The notes beneath the pieces were generated by a model. The model did not search any database, was not told where the DNA came from, and worked only from the letters and a program-made list of their open reading frames with translations. Of a stretch of DNA of 64,000 nucleotides, positions 1 to 11,880 are shown in pieces. The translations under genes were made by a program, and so were the position numbers. The first letter of the stretch is position 1, and each line of letters begins with the position of its first letter. The DNA comes from Octopus sinensis (taxonomy: Eukaryota): NCBI RefSeq assembly GCF_006345805.1, contig NC_043015.1, positions 19,406,001 through 19,470,000 of the forward strand. Reading direction: 5' to 3'.

Positions 1-66
1 TTGTATGTAATATATATATTTTTCTAGAAATTCATTCTACATTAAATGTAATCTACATTCTATATA

Positions 67-2484
67 GGGGAGACCGGGGTTAGTTGACTACATTTTTTAC
101 ATTTTCACTGACAGAGCAATGTATTCTACTGCATCTTGTATTACACGCATAAATCAACCATAGCAGAAGACTTACAAAGCTAGAGATCTCATCTGCTTAT
201 TGTCTGGATTTATATTTTGTGCATTTTCTAAGACCACTTAAATGTGTCAACTTGCCCTGATACTGGGGCAAGTTGACACATAATGGGGTATGTTGACACA
301 TGAATGCATTTTCTTGGAACATACATGTTAGTGGACAGAAACACATGATATAAGCTTGTTGGTTTGATCAAGGGCCTTTATTACGGTTTCATTACAAATC
401 ATCATCAGAGTCACAATTTGGGCATGTGAATATTGTCAGACCTAGTGTGCATGCCTCGTGAGCCCAACCTTTACAATCAGAGCATTGAAATCACACTTCA
501 CTTCCTTTGCTGTTGGAAAAAGGCTTGCTGCACACTAAGCAATAGCACTCTTCCTCATCAGAGGCATCACTTTCTTGAAGTTGAACTTTTTTCTTAACAG
601 TTGGACCTTTTCCCTTCATTGACCTGCCCTTACTGAGTCCCTTTCCTATCGTTCCTTTATCAATGTTTGCCTTCTTTTTACTTTTACTTTTTGTCTTTTC
701 TTCTATGATTGCTCTTTTAACCGGCGAGTCAGTGAGGATTTCAGAACAACGTTTCTTTCTTCCTCTGGTTGATTCTTTCCTAGGGCCTGCTTTGGGCAGT
801 GGATGGATTTGAAATGGTGAAAGAAAAGACCTGGCAGCTATGTTGCTTGAAGGCCCAGGTGTTGTAGGTGCTGAAGGCCCAGGTGCTGAAAGTGCAGGAT
901 CCGGTCGGTCAGTGACATAGCTTGGTGTAAAGTTGCTGTCTCTGAAAATGTTGCGATTAAAAGGGCATATTCCTGTAGAAGAAAAGCCACTAAGAATGTT
1001 CGTTGGAGTTGCAGTTAGTGGCCATGCAGTTTTGACAATTCACAGAACGTCATAAATGGTCATGGTCTGGCCAGGATGGTTGATATGCCAGTCATCAATG
1101 GCAGTGTTTGTGTACTTCTTCAGAGGTCCATAGACCGCTTTGTCCAACGGCTGTAACCTATGTGTGCAGTGAGGTAGGAAAGAGAGCATAGTGATGCCAT
1201 TTTCTGATGCATAAGTTGAAACTAGTTGCTCGTGCCAAGCTTGTTGCCTGTGGACTTCTTATGGATAAATTCTTGTCGTTGAAAACCAGTCTTCGCCTGC
1301 TATTTCTGTCTCATGCCAGGTTGGAGGGATATTACATCCATGTGCCTTTGCCATCTGAAAAGCCAATTTCCGCACATCCTTTGGAGCAAGCCCATAGTAA
1401 ATTTCTGCGGCAGCCAAAACATAAGCCTCTAACTGATTCTCAAACTCGTCGGTGAGAACTTGCTGTGGCTTTTTGTATCCACTAAGACTGTGATCATTGT
1501 TGTTTGCTTCAGCGGCCTTAGTGCAGTAGCGAGACAGAGATTTTAAAGGGATGCCAAATGTCCTCGAAGCTTCCCGCAAGGAGATGACACGAGCTCGGAT
1601 CTGTTGAATAGCCTGTTGGATTACATCCTGTGGAAGGGTTGCCCTCTCGCTTTCGCGGTTATAGTGTCGCACCATGACAATTGTTGATCTAGTTCTGTAA
1701 AGAGAGAGAGAGATGAAGAAAAAAATGCAATTTAGCTCATTGCATAATCCAACTGTGGAAGCAAAACGAAGCTCTGAGTGTTTACCTACTTTTTAGTTTC
1801 AAGCATGCCTGGTCATGGCATAACTTTATGCTTATATATCAGTGGTACAGGTTACAAAGCTGAGGCAGTATACAAGCTGCTGACTAAGTAGGTAGCAGTA
1901 TGAAGTTAGAATAAGTTGGTATAAATAAAGATAGCTGATCTAAAACTATAGCAAACAATACATAAATTACTCAATGAATTGATCCACTGTACCAGACATG
2001 AATCAAATAGCAAACACTCTTAGTTAAAATAGGATAGATACAGTCTGTGAATCAATGTAAGCAACCTACAACTTTATCACAAGCCGGGGCAAGTTGACAC
2101 ACTGTGTCAACGTGCCCCTGTTTACATGTGTCAACTTGCCCCGACCCCATTTCCCTCAAAAATGTAAACACTGAGAAAAAAACCACTAGGGTTTCACAAG
2201 AATCCATTTGTATAGGATCGTGATATTTTACTATCTCCTTATGGTTTAATACACATAATGCAGTCTTAATATCCAAAATAACTAATTATCAAAAATGTCA
2301 AAAATAACTTACCAAGTGGAAAATTCCAATGTTGTCCACATGTAGCAGACAAACTCTCACAACGGCAACAAAATCAAATGAGGGGAAGCTTATACTAACA
2401 GCACTACTATGATGTCATTAAACCGTCCGAAAGTAGTTTCGCATTTTCTCTAGAGAAAATGTGTCAACTTACCCCGGTCTTCCC
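67..2484 (-). mobile_element. pogo-like (Tc1/mariner superfamily) DNA transposon, internally deleted
   Basis: Left TIR GGGGAGACCGGGGTTAGTTGACTACATTTT (67-) matches the reverse complement of the right end (AAAATGTGTCAACTTACCCCGGTCTTCCC, ends 2484). TA flanks at 65-66 and 2485-2486. Minus-strand transposase remnant inside. Confidence 0.88.
392..1675 (-). pseudogene. pogo-type transposase remnant: psq/CENP-B HTH, partial DDE, C-terminal PHD finger
   Basis: ORF 1259-1675 gives HTH (SLREASRTFGIPLKSLSRY) and CENP-B HTH (WF). Downstream frames read LSFLPHCTHRLQPLDKAVYGPLK, then CLVC..*FQCSDCKGWAHEAC..FTCPNCDSDDDL*, ending at 392-394. The N-terminal part of the DDE domain is missing. Confidence 0.8.
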
Positions 2485-2517
2485 TACTTTTCTAAAAATT
2501 CATTCTGCATTAAAATA

Positions 2518-3729
2518 CAAGGGCCAGCTAAAAAGTTCATTGGCTGACAAAGATACTCCCATGGAAAGTAACCAAATGAGATTTATTTTTCAACATAGTT
2601 CCCCCCTGTGGTTCATACACTTCTTCCATCAGTGCTTGGATCCCATTGCTGAAGTTTTTATCCTGTTAGCCAAAAAGTCATCAACAGCAGATATGACATT
2701 ATCATCACTGTGATGTTGGTTCCCAGCCAAGTGCTTTTCCATGTTGGGGAACAGATAATAGTCTGATGGGACCAAATCAGGAGAATAGGAAGGGTGATTA
2801 GCTATTTCAAGCCAGTCATGCACAGCTGCTATTGAAACGAAAGACTTTTATCAGTTTACTTGGGTGTTTTGTCTTGATAAGCCTTTCATAATTGTCTCAG
2901 GAAGTTGGCATAGTATTTTCTGTTGATGGTGTGCCCTTTTGAAGATAGTAAATGAACACAATGCCCTTTGCATCCCCCTAAAAAACTAAGGCCATCACCT
3001 TTCCTGCAGATGAAATGATCTTGGCCTTATTTGGTACAGGTGAATAGAGGTGTTTCCACTGAATGAATTGTCTCTTTGTCTCTAGCTCAAAGTGCTGAAC
3101 CCAACACTCATTCTGAGTTAGGAAATGTTCAAGAAAATCGCTTATTCTGTCTCAAACAATGTCAGATTTTCCTATGATGTGATCAGTCTATGTTTTTAAT
3201 CAGGTTTCAGATGTTGCACCCACCAAGCAGAAACCTTCATCCTGCCAAGCAGAATATTCTCAACTCTCTTGCAGGAGATGCTAATTGCATTGGCTATTTG
3301 ATTTATAGTCAATCACCTGTCATCCATGTAATAAACACTCAATATTCTTTTCTTGGTGGTAGTTGCAGGACGTCCAGATTTGGGTCATCTTCAAGACTCT
3401 CCCTTCCCCTCCTAAATTCAACTGCACACTTTTGCACTGTTGATAAAGCTGAAGCATGATCCTATTATGTAGCAACCATGTCAGCATGAATGTCGCTGAG
3501 GGCTAAACCCTTTTTCTTCAGGTATTTGATAACACCAAATTTTCTCCATTTTAAAGAGAAATTGCTACTAGTTATGTTTGAAGTCTTCTTTGAACTGTCA
3601 GGTGTCAGTTTACCTGGAAAGAAACAATGCAGTTATTAATAAGAAGGGTTGAAATTAATGCATGCAACATTTCACAGCTCTAGCATCACTCCATCATAGT
3701 CAACCTATCAACTTTTCAGCCTACCCTTG
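2518..3729 (-). mobile_element. mariner (DD34D) transposon, about 1.2 kb, decayed
   Basis: Left TIR CAAGGGCCAGCTAAAAAGTTCAT versus right (revcomp) CAAGGGTAGGCTGAAAAGTTGAT. TA at 2516-2517 and 3730-3731. Confidence 0.88.
2583..3549 (-). pseudogene. mariner transposase pseudogene
   Basis: ATG at 3549 (MEK..), EFRRGRESLEDDP..GRP, HPSYSPDLVPSDYYLF (YSPDL motif) and terminal GNYVEK*. Many frameshifts. Confidence 0.85.
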
Positions 3730-4289
3730 TATTTTAAAAATCATTGCAGTAAACATTTACATAGAATGTCTTATCTAAAACAAAAATATTCATTGTATTT
3801 CTAAAGATGCCTGACCAACATTAACACCAATTTCAATTTGCATAATATTGTAATTTTTAAATTTTTAAAAAATTAAAACATTTGTAATGTAAATACATTT
3901 TTAAAAATGTCATTGAGAGTTCAATAAAAAAAAATAAGGGATTTAGTTGATTAAGTGAATGCCCTGTTATTTGTTGACATATTTTATCATTTTGAACATT
4001 TTAAAAAGTTCACCTATTAATTGGAAATTCAGATATAATTTTATCTGCTACAAATGAAAGCAAGATCTTTTTTCTAATTACTGAAATATATTTGGAATTC
4101 AGAAATACTTTCAGAGAAACATATTCATTTAAGCAGTTTAGGTTTTAGTTCATCCATGTTTGTGAAAGGAAAGAATGCCCATGAAAATTGTTTTCTTTCT
4201 TTTTCTTTCTTTTTTCACCATTGTTAAGTGACTCTAGATGTTATATTGTTTAATATCAAAGAAGTTTAACTCGGAAGATAGTTTTTGTA

Positions 4290-5343
4290 TGTGGCAGAGG
4301 TACAGGGGCAATAAACACCAAAGGTGTACAGAGAACAGATTCCATCACATGCTGGGGGTAAAAACTAGAAGTAGTTGATAACTTCCATTACCTAGGTAAC
4401 GAAGACAGTAGTCAGGATAGATGGTCTGAGAGTGTAGCTGCTAGAATAAGAATAACCTGGGCAAAGTTCAGGGAGATCCTACCTCTGTTGGTAACAAACG
4501 GCCTCTTGCTCAGAGTGAAAGGTAGACTGTATGATGCATGTGTGCAAAGAGCCATGCTACACAGCAGTGAAATATGGGCTGTGACTGCTGAGGACATGTG
4601 TAGGCTTGAAAGATATGCTCTGCTGGATGTATAATGTCAGTGTGCATGCATGACAGTGTAAGTGCCATAAGAAAAAAGTTGGACATTAGAAGCATCAGAT
4701 GTGGTGTGCAAAAGTGATGATTGCACTGGTAAGGTCATGTGTTGTGTATGGATGGGGACAGCTGTGTGAAGAAGTGTCACACCCTAACAGTGGAAGGAGC
4801 CTGTAGAAGAGGTAGATCCAGGAAGATGTGGAATGAGATGGTGAAGCACGACCTTCAAACATTAGGCTTTACAGAAGCAATGACAAGCAACTGAGACCTT
4901 TGGAGATATGCTGTGTTTGAGAAGACCCAGCAAATGAGATTATAGCTGTAGCCGATGTTAGTGTCGCATAATTGACCCATTCAAAAGTACCCTTCAATCA
5001 TTAGGCAATATGCTGTGCTTGAGAAGACCTGTTGAGTCAAACGAAATTGTAGTCATGGCCAATGCCAGTGCCACCTGACTGGTACCCAAGCCAGTGGAAT
5101 GTAAAAAGTACCATTTCACCATGGTCGATGCCAATGTTGCCTGACTACTTCCCATGCTGGTGGCAGAGAAAAAGCACCCACTACACTCTCTGAGTGGTCG
5201 GTGTTAGAAAGGGTGTCCAGCTATAAAAACCTTGCCAGATCAGATGGTGCCTGGTTTAGCCTCCTGGCTTGCCAGTCCTCCATCCAACCCATGCCAGCAT
5301 GGAAAGCAGACGTTAAACGATGATCCTGATTATAATGAGGGGA
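4290..5343 (+). mobile_element. old RTE-clade LINE 3' fragment with 3' UTR
   Basis: Degenerate match to the RT C-terminus of younger copies (RITWAKFREILPLLVT..GRLYDACV), and to the 3' tail ending CATGGAAAGCAGACGTTAAACGATGAT. Confidence 0.85.
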
Positions 5344-5549
5344 AGTCAAAAATTATCTGCACTTTTGCCATAACATATCTTTATTATTGTCACACTGCCT
5401 TTTGTGCATGCGTGATTATAGTTGGTACTATTGGGTTACATGATCGAAGTTTGAGCCTGATCGTGCCATTTTTCTTTCTGGCTTTACAGTGAAAGTATGG
5501 CCACTCCATTAGCAATGTGAACCAAAGAAGAACAAAACTCAGTGATCTA

Positions 5550-5945
5550 AGATATATATATATTTCTTTATATATTTTACTTTATTTCTATATACATAAA
5601 TACACACAGACACACATATATGCACACATGAAAAATACATGCACCCATGCACACACATGAACGCACATGTACCTCCCACACACACCACATACAACACACA
5701 TACATGCACATACACATACATACACATGCACACACAAAACACACACACATCATATACATACTTCAAACTACAAGTTAAACACCTTTCTACTGACCATTCT
5801 CCTGTGCACATAAAAGACAGCCATTCCTACTGTAAATTCTTCCTATGACATTAAGCGACACAAAGTCCACTCACACGCACACACATACTGGTGCTATTAT
5901 TACACACACACACACAGACCTGCGTGCACACACATACCCACACAT
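5550..5945. repeat. degenerate (TA)/(CA)n microsatellite
   Basis: CA/TA low-complexity tract, directly visible. Confidence 0.9.
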
Positions 5946-6198
5946 CTCCTTCTCTTGCACTCTCCTGTCTTAGAAAGAACTTTTTCTTCACCCATTCCCT
6001 TCCAGTTATTTCAAAATGTAACCACATGTGTATGGTTGGCGGTTTTCTTCCTCCGTCTTCCCTTCCTTTGGACTTTCCTCTATTTCTGAAGAAGAGCTTG
6101 GCTCGAAATGTTAAATTCTCTTACCAGTAGGTAATACAGTACTTGTACCACGTCCTCGCATTATTGTTTTTTCTTGTTTTTTCTTCTTTGTTTGGTTC

Positions 6199-6202
<4 letters not shown>

Positions 6203-6271
<69 letters not shown>

Positions 6272-6372
6272 TAGATAGATATATATATATATAGATAGAT
6301 AGATAGATATACATATATAGATAGATAGATAGATAGATAGATATATATATATATAGATAGATAGATAGATAG

Positions 6373-6409
<37 letters not shown>

Positions 6410-6413
6410 TATA
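6203..6413. repeat. (TA)n/(GATA)n microsatellite
   Basis: Directly visible. Confidence 0.95.
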
Positions 6414-8039
6414 TACTCAGCCCCCTCCTATTTATCATAGTCCTCCAGGCAATAACGGAGGAATTCAAGACAGGATGCCCTTGGGAGCTCCTCTATGCTG
6501 ATGACCTTGCTCTAATTGCTGAGTCGCTATCAGAACTGGAGGAGAAGTTTCAGGTGTGGAAACAAGGATTAGAATCGAAGGGCCTCAGAGTCAATCTAGC
6601 TAAAACCAAAGTCGTAATCAGTAGGAAGGTAGACAAATCACAAACGCCTTCAGGTAGATGGCCCTGCTCGATCTGTAGAAAAGGTATAGGTAGAAACTCT
6701 ATAAGATGCACCAAGTGTAAGCTATGGACACATAAGAGGTGCAGCAATGTCAAAGGAAGGCTAACTAGGAAGATGGTTTTTGTATGTGGCAGATGCTCAG
6801 GAACAATAAACACTGAAAATGCTCTGAGACCAACTTCCGTCACTTTCCAGGGAGAAAAACTAGAAATAGTTGATAGTTTCCGTTACCTAGGTGACCAAGT
6901 CAGCAGCGGGGGCGGGTGTGCTGAAAGTGTAACTGCTAGAGTAAGAATAGCTTGGGCAAAATTCAGAGAGCTCTTACCTCTGCTGGTGACAAAAGGCCTC
7001 TCGCACAGAGTGAAAGGCAGACTGTATGATACGTGTGTACGAACAGCCATGCTACATGGCAGTGAAACATGGGCCGTGACTGCTGAGGATATGCGTAAGC
7101 TCGCAAGAAATGAAGCCAGTATGCTCCGATGGATGTGTAATGTCAGTACTCTGACTCGGCAGAGTGTAAGTACCTTGAGAGAAAAGCTGGACCTAAGAAG
7201 CATCAGTTGTGGTGTGCAAGAGAGACGTTTGCGCTGGTATGGTCATGTGGCGAGAATGGATGAAGATAGTTGTGTGAAAAAGTGCCACACCCTAGCGGTT
7301 GAGGGAACCTGTGGAAGAGGCAGACCCAGGAAAACCTGGGACGAGGTGGTGAAGCACGACCTTCGAACTTTAGGTCTCACTGAGGAAATGACTAGAGATC
7401 GAGACCTCTGGAAGTGTGCTGTGCGCGAGAAGACCCGGCAGGACAAGTGAGTCCATAACCCGTGGCCTTCTACATGGGATGGAGCCAGCCTACGTATGCA
7501 TACCTTCCCTTCTTGGGACACAAAACTCTACTTGTGAAGACCTGTTGAGGCAAGTGAGGATCAGAATCAAAATCGATCAATGGAAATTGCAGATGTGTTA
7601 CCAGTGCCAGTGGCATGTCGAAACTCTACTTGTGAAGACCCGTTGAGGCAAGTGAGGATCAGAATCGAAATCGATCAATGGAAATTGCAGATGTGTTACC
7701 AGTGCCGGTGGCATGTAAGAGAACCTTCCGTTTCGCGACCGTTGCCAGCACCGCCCCGTTTCGTGTCCGTTGCCAGCCTCGCCTGGCCCTCGTGCCGGTG
7801 GCACATAAAAAGCACCATCCGTTCGTGGCCGTTTGCCAGCTCTGTCTGGCACCTGTGCGGGTGGCACGTAAAAAGCACCCACTACACTCACGGAGTGGTT
7901 GGCGTTAGGAAGGGCATCCAGCCGTAGAAACACTGCCAGATTTGACTGGGCCTGATGAAGCCTTCTGGCTTCACAGACCCCAGTAGAACCGTCCAACCCA
8001 TGCTAGCATGGAAAGCGGACGCTAAACGATGATGATGAT
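6414..8039 (+). mobile_element. young 5'-truncated RTE LINE (RT C-terminus, 3' UTR, (GAT)n tail)
   Basis: Open frame LSPLLF..ELLYADD then ORF 6554-7450 to KTRQDK*. 3' UTR with repeated hairpins, (GAT)n at 8027-8039, (TA)n on both sides. Confidence 0.95.
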
Positions 8040-8105
8040 ATATATATATACACATATATATATACATATATATATTATACATATATATATTATACATATA
8101 TATAT

Positions 8106-8199
<94 letters not shown>
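8040..8199. repeat. (TA)n microsatellite
   Basis: Directly visible. Confidence 0.95.
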
Positions 8200-8365
8200 G
8201 GGCGCAGGAGTGGCTGTGTGGTAAGTAGCTTTCTTACCAACCACATGGTTCCGGGTTCAGTCCCACTGCGTGGCACCTTGGGCAAGTGTCTTCTACTATA
8301 GCCTTGGGCCAACCAGAGCCTTGTGAGTGGATTTGGTAGACGGAAACTGAAAGAAGCCCGTCGTA
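8200..8365 (+). mobile_element. tRNA-derived SINE family A (CORE-like centre), 5' half
   Basis: GGCGCAGGAGTGGCTGTGTGG head, B-box-like GGTTCAGTCCC, GGCACCTTGGGCAAGTG resembling the CORE-SINE domain. The same sequence recurs five more times in the window. Confidence 0.85.
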
Positions 8366-8405
<40 letters not shown>

Positions 8406-8690
8406 TAAATTAGAGATAAAACCACTATTAGGCAAATCATACAATGAAAAACTTAAGATTATTTAATTTATATTATTTAAATACATTAATTATCTTTTTT
8501 AATAATTTTGTTATATATTTAAATAATATAAATTAAATAATCTTATGTATTGGCTTAAGTTTTTCATTGTATGATTTGCCTAATAGTGGTTTTATCTCTA
8601 ATTTAATATAATATAATATTTTACTATAAAATTGGATTCAATCCTAAATCTGATTTTTCCCCGTAAGTTTGGATTTATTCCCTAATATTT

Positions 8691-8725
<35 letters not shown>

Positions 8726-8787
8726 CATATATAAATTTATATACATATATATATATACACATATATATATGTGTGTGTGTGTGTGTA

Positions 8788-9087
8788 GAGGCGCAATGGC
8801 CCAGTAGTTAGGGGCAGCGGACTTGCGGTCGTAGGATCGCGGTTTCGATTCCCAAACCGGGCGTTGTCAGTGTTTATTGAGCGAAAACACCTAAAGCTCC
8901 ACGAAGCTCCAGCAGGGGGTGGTGGCGATTGCTGCTGTACTCTTTCGCCACAACTTTCTCTCCCTCTTTCTTCTGTTGGCCTGCTCGCTTAGCCTTGGGG
9001 TGGCGTCATTTGAAGGCTTAAACAATGCGAAACGCATTGTGACCAGCGATGTGTAGCAACATCTGATAGCCTGGTCGGTCACAGTGA
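8788..9087 (+). mobile_element. tRNA-derived SINE family B
   Basis: A box TGGCCCAGTAG (8797-8807) and B box GGTTTCGATTCC (8841-8852), then about 230 bp of non-tRNA body, flanked by microsatellites. Confidence 0.75.
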
Positions 9088-9093
9088 TATATA

Positions 9094-9153
<60 letters not shown>

Positions 9154-9256
9154 ATAGAAATGGTAAGACAGCAAAAGAATGAAAGAGACCTCGATATTAT
9201 GTAAATAGAGGAATTTATCTGTAAATGTAATATGCGACAATAATTCGGTAGCCATG

Positions 9257-9300
9257 ATAAAACTCCAAGTTTTGGTTGTCCACGCTATCTCTTCAGTTAT
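9257..9300 (-). ncRNA. degenerate type I hammerhead ribozyme (Penelope 3' UTR type)
   Basis: Minus strand reads ATAA CTGAAGA GATAG-CGTGGA-CAACC AAA ACT-TGG-AGT T/TTAT. Stems I and III pair; G12 is A and stem II has two mismatches. Confidence 0.55.
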
Positions 9301-9756
9301 CCGGCAATTGGAAAAAATGCTATGAAAATGACTGTTAAACAAAGGGAAATTACTGTGTGATTGACCGTTATTAAGACAAAAGAGCTATTTGAATGACCGC
9401 TAAGTGAGGGAAGGGAGTAAAAATGTTCATAGTATTCGCGTAAGCGCGCATGTCCATACACATGCGCCTATAAGTATACACTCATCCACCCTCACTTGAA
9501 ACACACACATTCTCACCCACACCATTTGCCAAAAATATCTATATATATATACATACAATCTCACACACACGCTCGCACTGAAAAGGTTCATACGCACATG
9601 CACGAGAAAAAACAGAACTAAGGGCAACAATACAGGAAAAAGTGTAAAAGATTAAAAAAACAAGCAATAAGAGTAAAACATATCTATATACGCACATACC
9701 CGTATGCATGCACACACAGACGTCTATATACGTGCATACCCGCACACGTCTATATA

Positions 9757-10140
9757 CTCTTTTACTTATTTCAGTCATTTGACTGCGGCCATGCTGGAGC
9801 ACCGCCTTTAATCGAGCAACTCGACCCCGGGACTTATTCTTTTGTAAGCCCAGTACTTATTCTATCGGTCTCTTTTGCTGAACCGCTAAGTAACGGGGAC
9901 ATAAACACACAAGCATCGGTTGTCAAGGGGTACAAACACTGACACACTAGCACACACACGCGTATATATATATATATATATATACGACGGGCTTCTTTCA
10001 GTTTCCGTCTACCAAATCCACTCACAAGGCTTTGGTCGGCCCGAGGCTATAGTAGAAGATACTTGCCCAAGGTGCCACACAGTGAGACTGAACCTGGAAC
10101 CATGTGGTTTGTAAACAAGCTACTTACCACACAGCCACTC
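9757..10140 (-). mobile_element. SINE family A, near full length
   Basis: Reverse complement of the 8200 head plus the 3' body (..CAGCATGGCCGCAGTCAAATGACTGAAATAAG). Confidence 0.85.
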
Positions 10141-10170
10141 GTGCACAAAAAAGTTCATACACGTCTTTGA

Positions 10171-10382
10171 CAATGTTGCCTGACTACTTCCCATGCTGGT
10201 GGCAGATAAAAGGCACCCACTACACTCTCTGAGTGGTCGGTGTTAGGAAGGGTGTCCAGCTATAAAAACCTTGCCCGATCAGATGGTGCCTGGTTTAGCC
10301 TCCTGGCTTGCCAGTCCTCCGTCCAACCCATGCCAGCATGGAAAGCAGACGTTAAATGATGATCATGATTATGATGAGGGGA
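10171..10382 (+). mobile_element. RTE 3' tail fragment, near-identical to 5132-5343
   Basis: Direct alignment of 212 bp. Confidence 0.85.
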
Positions 10383-10699
10383 CATGCACAAGAAAAAACA
10401 GGGCTAAAGGCAAAATACAGGAAAATGTGTATTTAAAAAAAGTACGAGTAAAACACGTCTATATACGCACATACTCGCATACACGCACACATCTATATAC
10501 GCACATACCCGCACACATCCACACGCGCCCACAAAAGACTCCATATACACGTCTATATACGCACAGGGAAAATGCAGGGTGGAAGGTAGAATACAGAAAA
10601 AATGTATAAATATGTATAAAAATATATAAGAAATATAAGTATAAAGAGATAAAAAGCTTGTACGTGGACATAATATGGAAAGCAAGTCCTATCTGTAAT

Positions 10700-11880
10700 C
10701 TCAGGGGGCTAAAAACGTAACAAATATTTAGCCATGTATGGGCATGATCCGAAAAGTTCAGTTCTTGAATTCAGACGTAGCTTTTCCAGTTGAGCCATCT
10801 TTCCATATCACAAAGACCGCACTTTCCACTGCTGTTGGCGTAGGGCTTACACTTGGCTAAGATCTTCTAATGGATATTGTAACTGACACCTTTATCTTTT
10901 AAAGACCCTATATGACTGGATAATTTGGTCGTTTTCCTTTTATCCCAGTGCCTGAACCTCAAGGTGTGATTATTGAACCTGGCCTTGAAATTACCCTCTG
11001 TAAGGCCCACATATTTCTTCGTCGAAACCGTGGATATAGAGTCCACAGTGGCTTCATAAATGATGGTCTCAGACATGCAAGCTCCAAATTTTTATTCCTG
11101 CATGAACAGCTGGTTTCGTATTGTAGTTTTTGTGTGTTGTGTGCGATTATATTTTAAAAATTAGTAGTTGAGCTGAAATTGATTTTTAAAGTATGTCTAT
11201 TGAAGAACTTTCTATTTGACTGGAAAATGTCTATCTATCAGTGCTAAGAAATACTTGCCTATATTGAAGGTCACCTCGGGTGAGTAGATGACCTTCAATA
11301 TAGGCAAAACCAGATAGTTTTCCAATTCCTGCCACCAGTCCAATAATAAAGAGGAAACATAGGTTTCCTCTTTATTATTGGACTGGTGGCAGGTGTATAG
11401 GTTATTTCCTTGCTAAGTCCACTATCTTTTAGATCCTTATTATATACTGGGGGCCACACTATTAAAAATGTCCCTATCGGAGGAGAGGCTAGAAATTCTT
11501 TTGCTAATGTTTTTAAGTAAATTTTTAAACACTATGGAGGGACGGCAGAAACCCTCATTAATATAACTAAGTCTGTCGTTGGGCTTCCTATAAGGCTTAT
11601 AAATGTTCTTATTTAGATCTAAGGATACATCTAGGAAATTGACAACAGTCAGGTTGGTATGCTAAGACCGAAGGTCTTCATCAAATGGATAATGTCCTTC
11701 CTAAACCGATCCTGTGCTGGCCCATTAGTATTTGCGGTTAAGGCGAGGGCATCATCTTTGTGAATGGCGAAATATTCGTCAGGAAAGGTCTTGCCCAACG
11801 TATCGAGTAGGAATAGTCCAATAAGATCGCATGTGCCTGCTCCATCATATGACCCCATGTTCACATTGAAAGCACCTCGT
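10700..11880 (-). mobile_element. Penelope-like element family 1 (5'-truncated RT plus GIY-YIG), decayed
   Basis: FNVNMGSYDGAGTCDLIG with HKDD in place of YxDD. KTIWF..FNIGKYFLALIDRHFP, IIYEATV..KKYVGLTEGNFKARFNNH (GIY-YIG) and terminal LNSRTELFGSC. Confidence 0.85.
11255..11393. repeat. two adjacent perfect inverted repeats (19-bp and 31-bp stems)
   Basis: Arms 11255-11273/11289-11307 (15-nt loop) and 11328-11358/11363-11393 (loop ATAG) are exact reverse complements. Confidence 0.95.

Noticed and set aside
7945-7985. CTGATGA followed by a hairpin in the RTE tail
   Set aside because: There is no GAAA or stem III, and the motif is not conserved in other RTE copies (CTGGTGCA).
8788-8870. tRNA gene calls for SINE heads (also 8200, 47200, 61326)
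   Set aside because: Acceptor stems are incomplete and each is followed by a repeat body, so these are SINE or UTR heads.
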